Below are positions 60,901 through 64,000 of a DNA stretch of 64,000 nt, piece by piece. The stretch lies in assembly GCA_049324475.1 (NCBI GenBank), contig JBMOOO010000014.1, positions 6,986-70,985 on the forward strand, in the 5' to 3' direction. The stretch is from Pseudomonadota bacterium (GTDB lineage: Bacteria > Pseudomonadota > Gammaproteobacteria > Pseudomonadales > JADFDG01). Made by a program: the position numbers and the translations under genes. Numbering within the stretch: position 1 is the first letter of the stretch; each line of letters begins with the position of its first letter. Below the pieces are notes generated by a model. That model did not search any database, was not told where the DNA came from, and was given only the letters and a program-made list of their open reading frames with translations.

Positions 60901-62760
60901 TCAACGGCGACCGGCCGACTGATGGGCGGCAAGCCGCCAGCGCGCCACACCGAACACCACCAGTACCAGCAACAGCGGTGCCACCACGATGTTCAGCCAG
61001 CGCAGCACCGTACCCAGCGACTCGATGTCACTGCCCAGCTGATGCTGAACGTCGCGCAGTTCCTTGCGGATGCGGACCTTCTCGGCCATGAAGCGCTCCA
61101 GCTCCTGCACCTGCGCATCATCCAGCTCGAATGCCTTGGCATCCTGCTGCTTTTTCGATTCCAGCGCGCGCAGCTTGTCCTCGGTTTCTGCCAGCTGCGC
61201 TTCCAGTTCCTGTTCCTTGGCCTGCAGATCGATCGCCGCCTGGCGCTCGAGGCTGTCCACCGCTTCGAACGGACGCTCGTAGCGGCCACGACCGCGGATG
61301 TTCATCAGATCGGCACTGCCCATCAGGCTGTCGACGGCATTGATCGCAAAGTCACCGTTGTCGGCGAATGCCGAGGCCACCTGCTGCCCCATGAAGTCCT
61401 GGATACGCACCCACAGACGGTCGCTGAGCACGTCGGTGTCTGCCACGATCAGGATATTGGCCGGCTTCTCTTCCACCGCGGCCTGCATCGCCGGTTCGCC
61501 CGGTTTTGCCGGCGCCACGCCGGCAACCTTGCCGGTCACGCGTGCTGCCAGCACATAGCGCTCGCCGGTCGGACGGAAGCCTTCATACAGTTTGGTGTGA
61601 TCATCCAGCATCGCGAAGCTGCCGGCCGGCAGCAGCATGGCCTGATCGCTGGACTCCACCAGCGGCGTGAACACGGATGCCGAACCTTCCGCGTGCTTCA
61701 GCACGCCGCTCGACGCCATGATCAGGCGCTCGAGACGCGCCGTGACCGGGTCCTGGTTCGGGAATTCGCCCGGGCCGAACTGGTTGATGGCCACGTGCGG
61801 CACCGGACGGCCGTATTCGCTGCTGGCCACCGGCACCGCCAGCGAGGCATCGCCCAGCACCTGGTTCGGGTCGTACTGCACACCCCAGGCGGCAAACAAT
61901 GCCGGCAGGTCGGACGAACTTTCCGCACCGCCGAACATGCCACCGCCGGCCCGTTCCGCGAACGGATCGACGAACACCAGCGTGGCGCCACCGGCGCGCA
62001 CGTAACGGTCGATGGCCGCCACCGACTTGTCCGGCAACGCGCCCGGGTGCACCAGCACCAGCAGGCTGACGTCGTCCTTGATGGCATCGAAATCCGGCGG
62101 CAGCGCTTCCACCGTGTACAGCTGCTCCAGCTGTGCAAACGAAGCCCAGGGCGGCGAAGGCTGACGGCTCATGAAATCGAATCCGCCCTGCACCTCCAGC
62201 CCGCTCACCAGTGCGATCTTCGGTGCGGTCTTGCGCGAGGCTTTCCATACCACCTGGCTGAGATCGTACTCCAGGGTTTCCTCGCGGTCCGGCCGGAAGA
62301 AATCGATGATCTCCGGCTTGCCGTTGTCGCCGGTCACCGCCAGGCCGAACCAGATTTCCGGTCCGCCGGCGATCACCGGCACGCTCATCAGGCCCAGTTC
62401 ATTGGCGCGGTCTTCCTCGCCGGAGAACGGCTCCGGATCGACCAGGGTGAATTCCAGTTTCCCGCCGGACAGGCGCTGGTATTCACGCAGCAGCTCCTGC
62501 ACACGCTGCGCGTAGTTGCCGATCTGCGGCACGCCTTCGGCAAGTTCTGCCGAAAAAAACAGCTCGGCTTTCACCGGCTTCTCCATGCCCTTGAGCATGC
62601 GCTTCGTGCCGTCGGTGACGGTGTAGAGGTCGTCCTCGGTGAGGTCCAGCCGGACGTTCGGCAGCATGCTCACCACCTGGGTCAGCACCGCGACCAGCAG
62701 GGCAATCACCAGCAGACCGAGGCCGGAAAACAGTGCGCGTTTCTTCATGGATGCATTCAT
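60901..62760 (-). CDS. GldG-like auxiliary component of an ABC-2 transport system
   Basis: 619 aa. An N-terminal TM helix is followed by VRLDLTEDDLYT, a large periplasmic region, a coiled-coil segment (QAKEQELEAQLAETEDKLRALE) and a C-terminal TM helix. This is the typical GldG-family layout. Confidence 0.75.
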   Translation of the reverse strand: MNASMKKRALFSGLGLLVIALLVAVLTQVVSMLPNVRLDLTEDDLYTVTDGTKRMLKGMEKPVKAELFFSAELAEGVPQIGNYAQRVQELLREYQRLSGGKLEFTLVDPEPFSGEEDRANELGLMSVPVIAGGPEIWFGLAVTGDNGKPEIIDFFRPDREETLEYDLSQVVWKASRKTAPKIALVSGLEVQGGFDFMSRQPSPPWASFAQLEQLYTVEALPPDFDAIKDDVSLLVLVHPGALPDKSVAAIDRYVRAGGATLVFVDPFAERAGGGMFGGAESSSDLPALFAAWGVQYDPNQVLGDASLAVPVASSEYGRPVPHVAINQFGPGEFPNQDPVTARLERLIMASSGVLKHAEGSASVFTPLVESSDQAMLLPAGSFAMLDDHTKLYEGFRPTGERYVLAARVTGKVAGVAPAKPGEPAMQAAVEEKPANILIVADTDVLSDRLWVRIQDFMGQQVASAFADNGDFAINAVDSLMGSADLMNIRGRGRYERPFEAVDSLERQAAIDLQAKEQELEAQLAETEDKLRALESKKQQDAKAFELDDAQVQELERFMAEKVRIRKELRDVQHQLGSDIESLGTVLRWLNIVVAPLLLVLVVFGVARWRLAAHQSAGRR

Positions 62761-62772
62761 GGCGACAATTCC

Positions 62773-63519
62773 TCAGCCGGCCTTCTTCAGGTCGATCACG
62801 ATCGCCGTGGCCAGCAGCCAGCCGCCGATCATCACGAGGAAGTAGAAAAGATCACGGACATCCAGCACACCCTTGCTGATGGCGTCGTAATGGGTCAGGA
62901 ATGACAGGTTCGACACGGCATCGACCAGCAGACCCGGCGCCCAGCCCTTGAACGCAGCCAGCACCATCGGGAAACCGGCAATCACCAGCAGGAAACACAC
63001 CACCACGGTGATGATGAAGGCGACCACCTGGTTGGAGGTGGCCGCCGACAGGCAGGAACCGATGGCGAGATATGCACCGGCCATCAGCCAGCTGCCCACA
63101 TAGGCAGCCAGGATGGCGCCGTTGTCGGGTGCGCCCAGCCAGTTCACGGTGATCACCAGCGGGAACGTCAGCGCGAGCGCGAGGCCTGCGAACAGCCAGC
63201 CGGCCAGGAACTTGCCGAGCACGGCATCGCGCAGCCGGATCGGCAGCGTGAGCAGCAGCTCCAGCGTGCCGCTCTTGCGCTCTTCCGCCCACAGGCGCAT
63301 GGCCAGTGCCGGCATCAGGAACAGGTACAGCCAGGGGTGGAAGGCAAAGAACGGCAGCAGGTCGGCTTGCCGGCGCTCGAAGAAGTTGCCGATGTAGAAC
63401 GTGAACACGGCCGTGAGCACGAGGAAGATCGCGAGAAACACATAGGCCAGCGGCGTGGCGAAGTACGCATAGAGTTCGCGGCGCGTTACGGCGGCGATGT
63501 TGCTGAAATCCTGTTTCAT
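62773..63519 (-). CDS. ABC-2 type transporter permease (GldF-like)
   Basis: Start at MKQDFSNIAAVTRREL (63519) with GGGAG upstream. Six hydrophobic helices and an ERKSGTLELLLTLP motif. Confidence 0.8.
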   Translation of the reverse strand: MKQDFSNIAAVTRRELYAYFATPLAYVFLAIFLVLTAVFTFYIGNFFERRQADLLPFFAFHPWLYLFLMPALAMRLWAEERKSGTLELLLTLPIRLRDAVLGKFLAGWLFAGLALALTFPLVITVNWLGAPDNGAILAAYVGSWLMAGAYLAIGSCLSAATSNQVVAFIITVVVCFLLVIAGFPMVLAAFKGWAPGLLVDAVSNLSFLTHYDAISKGVLDVRDLFYFLVMIGGWLLATAIVIDLKKAG

Positions 63520-63535
63520 CGAGGCTGCTCCCGGA

Positions 63536-64000
63536 TCAGGCCGCACGGTCGCGGGTGAGGCGACGGAAGACTTCGTCGAGGCGACCGCGCTCGACCACCA
63601 GATCCGTCACCGGCCACTGCCGTTCACGGGCCAGCGCCAGGAAGCCCGGCAGCAGGTCACGACCGGTGTCGGCGATCAGGGTGCGACGACGACCTTCCGC
63701 TTCCACCGCAATCACGCCCGGAATGGCGGCCAGTGCGGCATCGACACCCTCGGCATCGCTGCTTTCTGCATCGAGGGTGACGCTCAGTGCCCGGTGATAG
63801 CGCGACTGCGCCTCCAGGGCATCCGGCGTGCCGTCGCTCACCACGGTGCCGTCGGCGATGATTACCGCGCGCGTGCACACCGCTGTCACTTCCTCGAGGA
63901 TGTGCGTGGAAATGATGATGATGCGCCCGGCCGACAGCCGCTGGATCAGTGCGCGCACCTGGTGCTTCTGGTTCGGATCGAGGCCGTCGGTGGGTTCGTC
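63536..64000 (-). CDS. ABC transporter ATP-binding protein (GldA-like); partial, N-terminus outside the window
   Basis: The frame is open to the window end. The last codons in the window read DEPTDGLDPNQKH (Walker B / D-loop), followed by IIISTHILEEV (H-loop). Confidence 0.85.
   Translation of the reverse strand, partial: DEPTDGLDPNQKHQVRALIQRLSAGRIIIISTHILEEVTAVCTRAVIIADGTVVSDGTPDALEAQSRYHRALSVTLDAESSDAEGVDAALAAIPGVIAVEAEGRRRTLIADTGRDLLPGFLALARERQWPVTDLVVERGRLDEVFRRLTRDRAA

Noticed and set aside
60922-62904. 660-aa + strand ORF opposite gldG.
   Set aside because: It is His/Arg/Gln-rich and low in complexity, whereas the minus-strand GldG-like product has TM helices, a coiled coil and family-typical motifs.
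1-64000. Search for rRNA, tRNA, tmRNA, CRISPR arrays, IS elements, integrases, phage genes and obvious genomic-island boundaries.
   Set aside because: Nothing in the intergenic regions has a tRNA-like cloverleaf or CRISPR repeat-spacer periodicity, and no translated ORF resembles a transposase, integrase or phage protein. The only AT-enriched stretches are short promoter spacers (8140-8170, 23890-24060, 39950-40000, 56160-56250).

Overview
This 64 kb window is a visibly G+C-rich bacterial chromosomal segment (about two-thirds G+C by eye, not computed). Gene content looks like a Pseudomonas-like or Nevskiales/Xanthomonadales-like gammaproteobacterium, but the taxon cannot be fixed from the sequence alone. 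I support about 58 protein-coding genes, two of them cut by the window edges. I found no rRNA, tRNA, CRISPR array, transposase, integrase or prophage signature. All family calls come from motifs I recognise in the translations; no searches were run.

Many long Arg/Gly/Ala-rich ORFs in the supplied track are antisense or out-of-frame shadows typical of high-GC DNA, and I rejected them.

Housekeeping and lipid genes:
- plsB, pyrC, sodB, yfbR and yqhA.
- A desT / desCB-type acyl-CoA desaturase locus with two palindromic operators.
- A thiolase, a FabG4-like reductase and an HtdX-like dehydratase.
- A PlsC-family / START / patatin trio.

Detoxification and regulation:
- A LysR-controlled pirin-DoxX-nitroreductase operon.
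- A GntR-controlled P450/esterase/PhyH module with two TGGT-N3-ACCA boxes.
- Two orphan hybrid histidine kinases.
- A MASE1-GGDEF(degenerate)-EAL protein.
- A GldAFG-like ABC system.

Most worth following up:
1. A nine-gene same-strand cluster (37703-46302). It contains three paralogous, transporter-less periplasmic binding-like proteins, a Tat-signal FAD oxidase and two PLP enzymes. It faces a 7TMR-DISM hybrid kinase.
2. A hemerythrin-like gene sandwiched between two paralogous His-rich 4-TM proteins, directly after plsB.
3. A convergent flavin-type operon ending in a PNPOx-GAF-winged-helix-like protein.
4. Strict AAnAAnAA (AACAACAA-type) motifs immediately upstream of seven start codons, mostly of exported proteins. 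These resemble Hfq/Crc catabolite-repression targets.
5. A pair of paralogous small proteins appended to desCB.
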